DNA of 64,000 bases. Source: a virus. Taxonomy: Duplodnaviria > Caudoviricetes. The stretch is taken from IMG/VR virus record IMGVR_UViG_3300011008_000032, positions 20,728 through 84,727 of that record; one strand, 5' to 3'. Every line of letters begins with the position of its first letter. Positions within the stretch are counted from its first letter, which is position 1. The position numbers and the translations under genes were made by a program. Below are positions 8,309-18,544 of this stretch, piece after piece. A model generated the notes under the pieces. It saw only the letters and a program-made list of their open reading frames with translations, did no database searches and had not been told where the DNA came from.

Positions 8309-11155
8309 TTGTTAGACAAACAGATTAATCTTTTTAAAGTAGATACCAGCGCTTTTCTTACAGATGAAGAAAAATTACACAGAGATAAACTTGTCAAAAT
8401 TAAAAAAGAACGTCAATGGTTATATGAAAAAAAGAAGGTTTCAAATCGTGAAAGTACATTAGAAAAAACAATACGTAAATATAAAGATTGTGATCCTAAT
8501 GATTATTTAAAAGATAAATATACACGTGCTTTTATATTAAAAACCAGAATAATAGACGAACTTGAAAAAGAGTGGAAAAAATATATATTACAATCGGCAA
8601 AGGATGGGGTTGAATATAATAAAAAGCATAAGCGCAAACATATTCGTAATTTAGATGAAAGATATTTATCTTATGAAGATGTTAATGATGGTTCTCGTAA
8701 AATTAATCTTTCAAATGTTGTTGCTATGTTTGAATCTACATTAAGCCGCAGCTTCAATATTCAAACCGATGAACTTACATATGATATTTTTATTGTTGAA
8801 ATATATTATTACGATATTGCTCAGGATATTATATGTAATGGATTCAATTATAATGGCAAGCATTATGTATATTTTTCTTCGTCTGCCGGTCAGATTAGAA
8901 CTAAGAAAGCTGTATTTGTAGAAGAACAAAAATATGAAGCTTGTAAATTAAAGTTAATGTGTGGGCTAACCGTAGATAAAATAAACGAATGCGGCGGAAT
9001 GAATATTAATAAATATCTCGCATATATAGCACTTACAAATTCTGCTACTGATCTTTGGGAAGATATTTTTGGTTTTGATTTTGATATAGATAGAACTATT
9101 GTAGTAGACGATTTTGAAACTTTAGTTAAATGCAAAGTTGATAATATTGATTATGAAACTTATGAGATCACTCCTGGGGTTGAAGAAGAAATACCTATTC
9201 CTCATACTGATGGATGTGGAATGATTGATCCGAATATATGTAAAAAGAATTTTATGATTAGATTACCATTTATTAAGGGTCTTCTTGGCAGTTTTGATTT
9301 TAAAAGATTCGTATCTGAAAACGGTCGATCTTCTACTGTTAAGGATATATGGGGAAAAGAATACGATGTAATTAAAGATGATATTCAGATTATATTTACT
9401 AAGTCTCAACTTAAGATGTATAAGTTTTATGATTCTTGGGATCAATATAAAGAATATTTTAAGAAATACAAATGCGAAGCTGGGATATGTAATCTTGAAG
9501 AAGACAATATACTAAATGCAAAGATAAATTATCAGATGCTCCAAACATTGTATGATGCTACCGATGAAGAAATAATGGATATGTGTAGTATTCCGAATAA
9601 AAAGATAAAAGAGATTTCAGATAGTTTAGATAATGCATTAGACTTCTTTGGAGTTAAATTGACAGATGAAGTCGAAAATCATAAAGACTATTTTCAGAAA
9701 GCGTTACGCATATATCCTGAATTATTATCTGATCCAGCCACAAGAAATGATCTTAAAGATTTAAAAAAGAGTTTAGTAAAAAAATATCGTAGTGGCAAAC
9801 TTGATGTTTCAGGAAAATTTACTTTTGTTCTTCCTGATCTTTATGCTTTTTGCGAATGGTTATTTTGTGGAATACAAACTCCAAAAGGATTGCTGGAAGA
9901 TAAGGAAGTATTTTGTAGACTTTATGAAGGATCATCTAAGTTGGATTGTTTAAGATCTCCTCACTTATACATTGAACACGCAATACGGAATAATGTTTGC
10001 AATAAGAAATATAGAAATGAATATTTGAGAGATTGGTTTACAACAGATGCTATATATACGAGCACTTACGATCCTATAAGCCGGATACTTCAGCTTGATG
10101 TCGATGGAGATAAACTTTTAGTTCTTGCTCAACCAAAGTTAATAGAAATGGCCGAACGTGTAACTCATGACGTGTACCCTCTATATTATGAAATGAAAAA
10201 AGCAAACGCTGAAAAGATTAATTCGGAGAATATATATAGAGGGCTTGAATTAGCATTTACTGGTGGAAGAATCGGAGGTATTAGTAATAATATTACAAAG
10301 ATATGGAATTCAGAGAATATAACCGAAGAAGCGAAAAATGTTATTAAATGGTTATGTATGGAAACCAATTTTACAATTGATTATGCTAAAACATTATTTA
10401 AGCCGGTGCGTCCTAAAGCTGTAGATGAATTAATTAAAAAATATTCAAAATTAAAAGTACCATACTTTTTTCAATATGCTAAAGATAAGGAAATTGAACA
10501 ATGTGAAGATATCAATAATAGTATGATGAATAGAATAGTTAAAGCAATTAATGAAAATAAAAATATGTTCTATTCTATTAAAAATCTTGCAGATGTAGAT
10601 TATCTGATGTTGCTAAAAGATAAAAATGATTCTTATTACAATGAACAAATCAATAAAAGATTTGATTCTCTTAATAAAAAGTATAGAAACAATATCAACA
10701 TAGATGAAGATGATACAAATAAAAATAATATTAAAATAATAGCTAAACAAGTACAGGACGAGTTAGAAAAAATTGAGCCTGATCGAGATAAAGTTATTAA
10801 TTCACTGATATCATTTTTATATAAAAAGAAATCCGAAAGAAAGAAAAAACTTCTTTGGTATGTATACGGTGAAGAGTTATATCATAACCTTTGCAATAAT
10901 ATTGACAACTCTTCTATCTGTGGTAAATGCGGAAAAAGAACGACCGAATCTTTAATTCGAAATAAATGTTTTGAATGTAGAGTCAAAGAAATGAAAGAAA
11001 AGAGTATTAAACTCATTAAGTGTAAAGATTGTGGAAAAGAATTGACACTATCTCCTTCCTCACGTACATGTCGTTGCGATGATTGTAAAAAGAAAGAAAG
11101 GCGGGAACATAATCGTCAAATGTATATAAATCGTAAAATTCAACCAAGTTCGTAA
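8309..11155 (+). CDS. yonO: YonO-like single-subunit DNA-dependent RNA polymerase with C-terminal Zn-finger extension
   Basis: 948 aa; motifs SAGQIRTKK, PHTDGCGMI, IRLPFIKG, RSPH and catalytic QLDVDGD (10091-10111); SPbeta-like position before HU; four CxxC pairs at the C-terminus. Confidence 0.88.
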   Translation: MLDKQINLFKVDTSAFLTDEEKLHRDKLVKIKKERQWLYEKKKVSNRESTLEKTIRKYKDCDPNDYLKDKYTRAFILKTRIIDELEKEWKKYILQSAKDGVEYNKKHKRKHIRNLDERYLSYEDVNDGSRKINLSNVVAMFESTLSRSFNIQTDELTYDIFIVEIYYYDIAQDIICNGFNYNGKHYVYFSSSAGQIRTKKAVFVEEQKYEACKLKLMCGLTVDKINECGGMNINKYLAYIALTNSATDLWEDIFGFDFDIDRTIVVDDFETLVKCKVDNIDYETYEITPGVEEEIPIPHTDGCGMIDPNICKKNFMIRLPFIKGLLGSFDFKRFVSENGRSSTVKDIWGKEYDVIKDDIQIIFTKSQLKMYKFYDSWDQYKEYFKKYKCEAGICNLEEDNILNAKINYQMLQTLYDATDEEIMDMCSIPNKKIKEISDSLDNALDFFGVKLTDEVENHKDYFQKALRIYPELLSDPATRNDLKDLKKSLVKKYRSGKLDVSGKFTFVLPDLYAFCEWLFCGIQTPKGLLEDKEVFCRLYEGSSKLDCLRSPHLYIEHAIRNNVCNKKYRNEYLRDWFTTDAIYTSTYDPISRILQLDVDGDKLLVLAQPKLIEMAERVTHDVYPLYYEMKKANAEKINSENIYRGLELAFTGGRIGGISNNITKIWNSENITEEAKNVIKWLCMETNFTIDYAKTLFKPVRPKAVDELIKKYSKLKVPYFFQYAKDKEIEQCEDINNSMMNRIVKAINENKNMFYSIKNLADVDYLMLLKDKNDSYYNEQINKRFDSLNKKYRNNINIDEDDTNKNNIKIIAKQVQDELEKIEPDRDKVINSLISFLYKKKSERKKKLLWYVYGEELYHNLCNNIDNSSICGKCGKRTTESLIRNKCFECRVKEMKEKSIKLIKCKDCGKELTLSPSSRTCRCDDCKKKERREHNRQMYINRKIQPSS

Positions 11156-11331
11156 AAATGAAAAAATTAATTTTTCTTATATTTTACTTGACAAAATTAA
11201 TTATTATTATTATTCGAAATTCTGCCCTTTTAGGGATACATTAAAAATTCCCATAAAGGGCTTAGGATTTACACGAATAATGTTAATGATATCCCAAACA
11301 AAAATACTAAGACAAAAAGGAGAAACAAAAA

Positions 11332-11604
11332 ATGACAAAAAAGGAACTTGTAAAGGAAATTTCAACAAACACAGGATTTACTCAGAAGGATGTTATGACC
11401 GTTGTAGACTCAGCCATAGATGTAATCACAAAGACTGTATCTAGTGATGAGATCTCGATTACCGGGTTTGGTAAGTTTCTTACAACACAGAGATCTGAGC
11501 GTATTATGAGAAATCCTTCTACTGGAGAACAGGTAACCGTTCCGGCTAAGAAGTCTCTTAAGTTTAGACCTGCAAAGGCATTTAAGGACTCTGTTAATTC
11601 ATAA
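11332..11604 (+). CDS. hup: HU family DNA-binding protein
   Basis: MTKKELV...ITGFGKF...R..RNPSTGEQVTVPAKKSLKFRPAK signature. Confidence 0.95.
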   Translation: MTKKELVKEISTNTGFTQKDVMTVVDSAIDVITKTVSSDEISITGFGKFLTTQRSERIMRNPSTGEQVTVPAKKSLKFRPAKAFKDSVNS

Positions 11605-11677
11605 GGCCCTCCCCCCCTCTACCGAGGATATTGCTCTTCGTTCGCGTCCTGCGGACGGAGGGCAAAATAAAAATGAA

Positions 11678-11866
11678 ATGAGGAAAAGGATATTGATACA
11701 AATTAATAAACGTGAAAGATTTGAATTAGAAAAACTTGGTTTTAGAATGGGAGATCATATCTTCCATACCGTATCAAATAAGAAAAAATATTATATTTCT
11801 GAGTCTCCTAAAATTAAACAGGCTCTTTGGAATATAAGAGAGAACGAGGTAAGAAATAATGAGTGA
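11678..11866 (+). CDS. small hypothetical protein
   Basis: 62-aa ORF overlapping the next start codon. Confidence 0.55.
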   Translation: MRKRILIQINKRERFELEKLGFRMGDHIFHTVSNKKKYYISESPKIKQALWNIRENEVRNNE

Positions 11867-12464
11867 GCCTAAAATGACTTATAATTTAGCACTTACAGAC
11901 AAATTTGATATTGAAGACTATGAAAACAGACGATTATATCTAAATACAGAAATAGATGAAAGTATAATTACAAGTATAGCTTACCATATTCTTAGATATA
12001 ATAGATTAGACAAAGACATACCCATTGAAAATCGGGAACCTATTATATTGTACATCAATAGTCCTGGGGGCACCGTCGCGGATGGGTTCGGTTTGGTAGA
12101 TGTGATCTTACAGTCTAAAACTCCCGTTTATACCGTTAATCAAGCACAATGTTCTAGTATGGGTTTTCTCATCTTTATAGCGGGACATAAAAGATATAGT
12201 ATGAAACATAGTGAATTCTTGATGCATGATGGTAGTTCATTTGCGTGGGATTCTACTGCTAAAGCTAAGGATAGAATTGATTTTGAAGCAACCGAATTAG
12301 AAAAATATACTAAAGAGTATATTATTAGTAGAACAAAGATAGACGATTCTTTATATGATGAAAAATATCGTGTCGAGTGGTATATGATGGCGGATACGGC
12401 TTTAAAGTATGGTATATGTGATTATATCGTCGGTGATGATTGTGATATAGATGAAATAATATAA
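11859..12464 (+). CDS. clpP: ClpP-like serine protease subunit
   Basis: LYINSPGG, catalytic Ser in SSMG, His in LMHD. Confidence 0.88.
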   Translation: MSEPKMTYNLALTDKFDIEDYENRRLYLNTEIDESIITSIAYHILRYNRLDKDIPIENREPIILYINSPGGTVADGFGLVDVILQSKTPVYTVNQAQCSSMGFLIFIAGHKRYSMKHSEFLMHDGSSFAWDSTAKAKDRIDFEATELEKYTKEYIISRTKIDDSLYDEKYRVEWYMMADTALKYGICDYIVGDDCDIDEII

Positions 12465-12481
12465 ATTAAAGGGGATAATTA

Positions 12482-12688
12482 ATGGCAAACTTTAAACGCA
12501 CATTAAATACTAATGGTAAGTTCAAAATGCTTGCCATTGCAGACGGAAATAAATTTATAGACTATGAGACTGGTGAGTTTGTTGATGTACCTGACATTAT
12601 TGGAAAGTGTATGGGTGATCAACCTTTTGATTTAAATGTAACTCAAAAGTCTGAAACGGATATTACTCCGGATAATAAAGAGGGGTGA
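12482..12688 (+). CDS. small protein, YonK-like by position
   Basis: 68-aa ORF directly before the phosphoesterase, as in SPbeta order; assignment by synteny only. Confidence 0.55.
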   Translation: MANFKRTLNTNGKFKMLAIADGNKFIDYETGEFVDVPDIIGKCMGDQPFDLNVTQKSETDITPDNKEG

Positions 12689-13878
12689 TACCGTTGGATC
12701 TCAAAAAGCAAAAGAATGAAAGTGAATTACAATATATCTGGAGATTGTCTTTAGCTAAAGATTCAGGAACTCTTGATATGACCTGGGATGAACTTGCAGA
12801 TGTTTTTAATGAAAATCTTAAAACAGATTATGGTAGTTCAGCTTTCAGAAAGAAATTTCAGATGGCGCAACACTTTTACGATGATGTGTTTTCTAAGATG
12901 GATGACTCCGAGATTTCTCAAGAATTTGCAAAACAAAAAAGAGAGCTTGAGAGATTAAAAATACAATATAGGGACGAGCGTAATGCGTGGAATAAACAGA
13001 ATTATATTGAAGCACGTGTAGAACAAAAACTTGATTATCTCGAAGAAGAACTTCAGGATATAGGGAAACTAAATTTCCCAGAACACGAGTATATTGAAAC
13101 AAAAAGCGATAATGATATGTTAGTAATACTTTCTGATTTTCATATTGGGCAATGTTTTGATTCTATTTGGGGAAAATATAATTCTGATATAGCTGCTAAA
13201 AGAATAGAACAACTAGCTGAAAATGTTAGAAAAATTTCTCATAGACATAAATGTGAAAATTTATATATATCTATTCAAGGAGATTTAATATCAGGATCTA
13301 TCCATAAAAGTATTGCTATAACAAATAGAGAAGATGTAATAACTCAAATAAAAATTGCATCAAAATTAATAATTTCTTTTTGTTATGATATGAGTAAATA
13401 TTTTAAAAATGTATACGTCGCTAATGTTGCTGGAAATCATTCAAGAATAGATAAAAAAGATGATGCCCTTCATTCTGAAAGATTGGATGATCTTGTAGGA
13501 TGGGTAGTAAACTCTTCTCTTCAACATATTAAAAATATACATTTTTATAGTAACAGATTAGATATTGGAATATCCGAAATGGATATTCGTGGTAAAAAAT
13601 ATGTTGGCGTACACGGGGATTATGATCGATATACGAAAAGCGGAGTGGAAAGTTTAGTAATGCTAATTGGATATCTTCCATATGCTGTGACGTTTGGACA
13701 TCTTCATGTATGTTCTCTAGATGAGTGTAATGGAATCAAAATGATAAGAGGTGGTTCTCTTGCAGGCACCGGTGATCAATATACAATTGAAAAAAGATTA
13801 TATGGCAAACCCTCGCAAATGATTTGTATTTGCAATGATAGAGGAATTGAATGTTATTACCCTATAGAACTTGATTAA
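12685..13878 (+). CDS. calcineurin-like metallophosphoesterase (YonJ-like)
   Basis: SDFHIG, QGD, GNH, HGD and GHLH motifs. Confidence 0.88.
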   Translation: MIPLDLKKQKNESELQYIWRLSLAKDSGTLDMTWDELADVFNENLKTDYGSSAFRKKFQMAQHFYDDVFSKMDDSEISQEFAKQKRELERLKIQYRDERNAWNKQNYIEARVEQKLDYLEEELQDIGKLNFPEHEYIETKSDNDMLVILSDFHIGQCFDSIWGKYNSDIAAKRIEQLAENVRKISHRHKCENLYISIQGDLISGSIHKSIAITNREDVITQIKIASKLIISFCYDMSKYFKNVYVANVAGNHSRIDKKDDALHSERLDDLVGWVVNSSLQHIKNIHFYSNRLDIGISEMDIRGKKYVGVHGDYDRYTKSGVESLVMLIGYLPYAVTFGHLHVCSLDECNGIKMIRGGSLAGTGDQYTIEKRLYGKPSQMICICNDRGIECYYPIELD

Positions 13879-13893
13879 GAGGAGAAATTAATT

Positions 13894-14484
13894 ATGATGG
13901 TTGTCGATGATTTTAATGAAATACTTGAAATACTTTTAGACAATGTAACATCTGAAGATTGTGGCCATGCATGTTATGTCTCCAATGAAGAAGATATAAC
14001 AAAATTTCTTAGTGTTGTTAATATGTGTACAGATGCTACGCCAGAACTTATTAACTTTAATAATGCAAATTCAAATGAATATGTATTTGAATTTGATTAT
14101 GATGAAGAAATTGGTCTTTCTTATAGCATATGGCCGGCAGCGGATGAGGATGGTACCTATTTTTCTAATTACGGATTGTGTCTTGTAGATAAATCTATTT
14201 CTGAAGATTTTGAAGATGATTACAATACCGAGCTGAGTATTCATGATGAGGATTATATTCATCCAATCAGGATAAAGATTGGTAAAGATGAAAAAGAAAC
14301 TCCTAAAAAAGGAACGGGTATAAGTTCATCTGAATCTACGAGAATAGATACAAATGATGACGGAACTATTTCTGGATTTACTAAGAAATGGGAAAATGAT
14401 CATTCATTCTTTACGTATACATATCATAGCACTAACGAAGACGATGTTTTAGATGTTATGGAAAGATTTGGAATTAAGCAATAA
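13894..14484 (+). CDS. acidic hypothetical protein
   Basis: 196-aa ORF, RBS GAGGAG. Confidence 0.75.
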   Translation: MMVVDDFNEILEILLDNVTSEDCGHACYVSNEEDITKFLSVVNMCTDATPELINFNNANSNEYVFEFDYDEEIGLSYSIWPAADEDGTYFSNYGLCLVDKSISEDFEDDYNTELSIHDEDYIHPIRIKIGKDEKETPKKGTGISSSESTRIDTNDDGTISGFTKKWENDHSFFTYTYHSTNEDDVLDVMERFGIKQ

Positions 14485-14678
14485 CCATAGATAGGAAGTA
14501 CTGTTGTGAAAGGCAACTTGGCGAAGTAGTCCAACAACTACTTGTAGTGTGCGAAGCAGTTAGATTTCTGAGCGAGCAGTACCGGCATCACGGACGCATG
14601 ACCGTCGCATAAAAAATCAAAGTAGAACAGTTTATTTGAGAGGTGCAACTCCTCTCCTACTATTTGGAGGAAACAGAT

Positions 14679-15218
14679 ATGAAAAGAATATTATCAATGC
14701 TTACAATTGCATATATGGTAGTAACTACATTGTTACCTTTTGTATTTAATGGCGGTGTTGATAATAATGCCGTTAGATATAAAAGTGATTCAGATATTAT
14801 TTATTTAGATTCAGAGGCTATTGCATTATCTAACGCATCTGATTCTGATACTGGTTTACGAGCCGAAGCATTAGAAGCATTTAATCAAGTGAATGAAATT
14901 CGTGCAGAAGCTGGATTAGATAGATTAGTTTGGGATCAGAATCTTGAAACTGTAGCATCAGTTAGGGCTGAGGAATGTAATACTAAGTTTTCACATACAC
15001 GTCCCGATGGGCGTGAGTGGTACACCGTTAACAGTAAGATTCAGGGTGGTGAGAATTTAGCTTACGGATTTGATACGGCTGATGATGTGGTAGAAGCATG
15101 GATGGATTCTCCTACTCATAAAGATAATATTCTTTATGATGAGTTTACAGGAGGCTCAATTTCTATTTATCAAAATGATAATGGAACTTATTATTGGGCT
15201 AATGAATTTAAATATTGA
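14679..15218 (+). CDS. CAP/SCP-domain protein with N-terminal signal or membrane anchor
   Basis: QVNEIRAEAGL...FSHTRPDG...GENLAYG...AWMDSPTHKDNIL; hydrophobic N-terminus; start ATG 14679 after GGAGG. Confidence 0.88.
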   Translation: MKRILSMLTIAYMVVTTLLPFVFNGGVDNNAVRYKSDSDIIYLDSEAIALSNASDSDTGLRAEALEAFNQVNEIRAEAGLDRLVWDQNLETVASVRAEECNTKFSHTRPDGREWYTVNSKIQGGENLAYGFDTADDVVEAWMDSPTHKDNILYDEFTGGSISIYQNDNGTYYWANEFKY

Positions 15219-15236
15219 GTAAAAGGATGTGATTAA

Positions 15237-16295
15237 ATGGCAAGGCTAAGAAGTTTTAAAACGCCTGAGGAAATAAAAAAAATGCCGATTAGTAATGTTC
15301 GAGAAGAATATAATAAATTGGCTTATGATTATGAAAGAATTACAGAAAATAAAATTCTTCTTTGTCCTTGTTGTAATACATGGCAATCCGCTGAAGATGG
15401 ATTTTATATGGATAAAAGATATGCGACAAATCGCTATCCGGTTTGTAAACGTTGTCTTTTGAAAAAAGTTGAACAAAGACAAAAAGACACAGATGAACCT
15501 AATGAAACAAAAGAATCGGTTCAACATGTACTTCAAATGATGGATAAAGTATATGATGATAATTTTTATAATGATTGCGTAAAAGGAGCTCTTGATGGTG
15601 TAAATGAAAAACAACGTCATTCTCCATTTACGTCGTATATTGTCGGTATACAGTCATTGCCGCAGTGGAAGGGTAAAGGTTGGAAAGATTCAAATTTTGG
15701 TGACGCAGCCATGTCTGTGGACGAAGAAGAAACTAGAATTATTCAAAAAACTGTTAAAGCTGGCCGAAAAAGATTTGGATCTGGGTATACAGATGATGAG
15801 TATATGATTCTTGAAAATGAATACCAAGATTGGATTACAAGATATGAATGTAATACAAAAGCACAAGAAGAAGTTTTTGAGAATCTTTCTATATTAAAAC
15901 TATTAAAAAAGAAAGCTTTATTAAAAGGTGATTCAACTAGAGATTTAGATAAACAGCAACAAGATTGGCTCGATGCTGGTAAATTAAAACCTAAACAAAA
16001 TACAAGTGATACTCTTTCTGAGGCACAAACTTTTGGAACATTAATACAAAAATATGAAGAAACTCGTCCATTACCAGAAATGGATGATGAATTTAAGGAT
16101 GTAGATAAAATAGGTTTATATTTTGATGTATTCTTTAGAGGTCATACAAGTAAAATGTTGGGCTTAAAAAATGCTTTTTCAAATATATATGAGCGAATAA
16201 TGAGTAAATATACTGTAACCAAACCGGAATATTCCGAAGAAGAAGATAGCGAAACTATTTTCGCTAAAGTATTTGGAACTCAAGATGACGAATAA
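15237..16295 (+). CDS. Zn-finger protein upstream of large terminase (putative small terminase, YonG-like position)
   Basis: CPCC...CKRC; overlaps the terminase start; function by synteny. Confidence 0.55.
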   Translation: MARLRSFKTPEEIKKMPISNVREEYNKLAYDYERITENKILLCPCCNTWQSAEDGFYMDKRYATNRYPVCKRCLLKKVEQRQKDTDEPNETKESVQHVLQMMDKVYDDNFYNDCVKGALDGVNEKQRHSPFTSYIVGIQSLPQWKGKGWKDSNFGDAAMSVDEEETRIIQKTVKAGRKRFGSGYTDDEYMILENEYQDWITRYECNTKAQEEVFENLSILKLLKKKALLKGDSTRDLDKQQQDWLDAGKLKPKQNTSDTLSEAQTFGTLIQKYEETRPLPEMDDEFKDVDKIGLYFDVFFRGHTSKMLGLKNAFSNIYERIMSKYTVTKPEYSEEEDSETIFAKVFGTQDDE

Positions 16296-16491
16296 AAAGA
16301 CTATAAACGAGGTTGCTCATGAAAAATCTGAAAAGCTATTAGATGGAATTGCATATTGGGGAAGTTTTTACAGGTGTAATCCACATAGATTTGTTAAAGA
16401 ATATCTAAATATAACACTTAAGTTGTTCCAAAAAATAATCATCTTTATGATGATGGTAAGTACTAATTTTATGTATCTTGCTAGCCGTGGT
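16285..16491 (+). CDS. large terminase subunit, exon 1
   Basis: 69 codons ending ...ASRG; joins 16778 to rebuild Walker A ASRG|QGKS; spliced protein 581 aa. Confidence 0.88.
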
Positions 16492-16777
16492 CAACAAAAA
16501 AATAGGCCTAGCCGCATAGAAATATGTGGTTTCATAGAGGGGAAAATCGGTAGATGCTTAACTGCCAATACCGAGGTAAAATCATAGATTGCGAAAGGCT
16601 ATGATTCACCGTAACGCATAGAGATTGAATAAATATAATATCTCCACGAGTCTCCTCCGCCCTAACGTAAAGTCGAGGGTGAAAATATATGCTAGACTGG
16701 AATGGAATTAACCATTCGATGAAAATGAAGGAAACTTCCAGAGCTATGGATAAAAAGCCATAGGTTAATAACAATCG
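16492..16777 (+). mobile_element. group I intron without ORF, in terminase Walker A
   Basis: Exon ends in U and intron ends in G; IGS GCCGC pairs exon GUGGU; P3 GAGGGG/CUCCUC; P7 AACGCAUA/UAUGCU keeps the G-C of the G-binding site. Confidence 0.88.
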
Positions 16778-18316
16778 CAAGGCAAGTCATGGATTATTGC
16801 ATTATATTGTGTAGTTAGATGTATCTTGTTTCCTGGTACTAAAATAGTAGTTGCCTCTGGAGTAAAAGCACAAGCAATAGAAATTATATCAAAAATAGAG
16901 ACTGAATTTTTAAAAAACTATTCTTGGGGATCTCAAAATTTAAAGAACGAAATATCTTATATTTCTACTTCGCCAAACAATCCTGTATGTGAGTTTAAAG
17001 ATGGCTCATATATACATGTAGTTACATCAAATGATAATGCTAGACATAACAGAGCTAATATTATAGTGGTTGATGAATTTAGGCTTGTTGATCTTAATAC
17101 AATAAATACGGTATTAAGAAAATTCTTAACTGCTCCTCGTCAACCAGGATATCTTAATAATCCTAAATATAAACATTTAGAAGAAAGAAACTGTGAAATA
17201 TATGCTAGTTCTGCGTGGTATCAAGCACACTGGTCATATTCAAAAGCCAAATCATATTTTTCAAATATGTTGGATGATAAAAGAAAATATGTATGTATTG
17301 GATTACCATATCAGCTTGCAATAAAAGAAAGATTATTGCCTCGTGCACAAGTTGAAGATGAAATGTCTGAAGAAGATTTTGATCCTATTTCTTGGAAAAT
17401 GGAAATGGAATGTATTTTCTATGGTGATTCAGATGGAGCGTTTTATAAATATGATGATTTATCAAAGTGTCGAAAAATTAAAACTGCATATCTTCCACTT
17501 TCTATGTACGAAAAACGTGGTATTAATGTTCCAGATTTAGCTCCTCAAGAAAGACGAATAATGTCTGTGGACGTAGCTCTCATGGCTAGTAGAAAACATA
17601 ATAATGACGCTGCTGCTATGTGGATTAATGTAGCCATTCCTAATGGAACGGTATACATGAGTAATTATGTTTTTATTAAAACTTTTGAGGGATTAACTAC
17701 GGACGAATTAGGCATAGAAATAATGCGTAATTTTTATAAATATAAATGTACTGATTTAGTATTGGATACACAAGGAAACGGTTTAGGCGTATATGATTTT
17801 ATTATCAAAGAGCAATATGACGCTTCTACCGGAGAAACCTATGAAGCTATGACTTCGTGTAATAATCAAGAAATGGCTGAAAGATGCAAAGTTAAAACAG
17901 CAAATAAAGTTGTATGGTGTATTAAGGCCACTGCAGATTTTAACTCAAACGCAGCTCAATCATTACGTGCAGGCATAATGAACGGTAATATTAATCTTTT
18001 GTGTGGAGAATTTGAGGCAGAAGATATAATAAAAAAACTTCCTAATTATGCAAAAATGTCAGATCGAGAAAAAGCAGATTTAATGCTTCCATATGTTCAA
18101 ACTGGTTTTGCCATAAATGAAATGATTAATCTTGAATATGAAATTGTAAATAATAAAGTAAGGATCAAAGAACGTAGTGGTATGCGTAAAGATAGATTTT
18201 CTAGTATTCAATATAACAATGCTATAGTACAAGAATTAAATACAAAATTAAAACCTAAAAATATTGAACAAGATATTAGAAATATGTTTCTTATTCGAAA
18301 AGCTCATAGAGTATAA
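16778..18316 (+). CDS. large terminase subunit, exon 2
   Basis: QGKSWII...; Walker B IIVVDE; nuclease acidic motifs SVDVA, DTQGNG, KDRFSS. Confidence 0.9.
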   Translation, partial: QGKSWIIALYCVVRCILFPGTKIVVASGVKAQAIEIISKIETEFLKNYSWGSQNLKNEISYISTSPNNPVCEFKDGSYIHVVTSNDNARHNRANIIVVDEFRLVDLNTINTVLRKFLTAPRQPGYLNNPKYKHLEERNCEIYASSAWYQAHWSYSKAKSYFSNMLDDKRKYVCIGLPYQLAIKERLLPRAQVEDEMSEEDFDPISWKMEMECIFYGDSDGAFYKYDDLSKCRKIKTAYLPLSMYEKRGINVPDLAPQERRIMSVDVALMASRKHNNDAAAMWINVAIPNGTVYMSNYVFIKTFEGLTTDELGIEIMRNFYKYKCTDLVLDTQGNGLGVYDFIIKEQYDASTGETYEAMTSCNNQEMAERCKVKTANKVVWCIKATADFNSNAAQSLRAGIMNGNINLLCGEFEAEDIIKKLPNYAKMSDREKADLMLPYVQTGFAINEMINLEYEIVNNKVRIKERSGMRKDRFSSIQYNNAIVQELNTKLKPKNIEQDIRNMFLIRKAHRV

Positions 18317-18381
18317 ATGAACCCTATTCGCCTCTTAATAATGCGTACCATTTAGGGTCTTTTTGCCGGAAAGGAGGCATT

Positions 18382-18531
18382 ATGAAAATAGATGCATATA
18401 TGGGTAATGTCTCCTTTTCAAGATTTGTTGGCACAAAAACACTCAAAAAAGGAAAAGATATTAAAAACGATAAAGCCGAATATAAATATCGCGTTGAAAA
18501 GCGAGGACAATATATAGATATAAAAATATAA
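18382..18531 (+). CDS. small basic hypothetical protein (49 aa)
   Basis: Manual translation MKIDAYMGNVS...; RBS AAGGAGG. Confidence 0.55.
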   Translation: MKIDAYMGNVSFSRFVGTKTLKKGKDIKNDKAEYKYRVEKRGQYIDIKI

Positions 18532-18544
18532 AGGAGGGTGCCGT

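Noticed and set aside
14510-14545. tRNA D-arm-like sequence TTGGCGAAGTAGTCCAAC
   Set aside because: No anticodon arm, T-loop (GTTCRA) or acceptor stem; no tRNA genes were recognised in the window.
16273-16587. 104-aa ORF and separate 496-aa ORF (16826) as two independent genes
   Set aside because: They are the two exons of one terminase; the tail of the first ORF is intron sequence.
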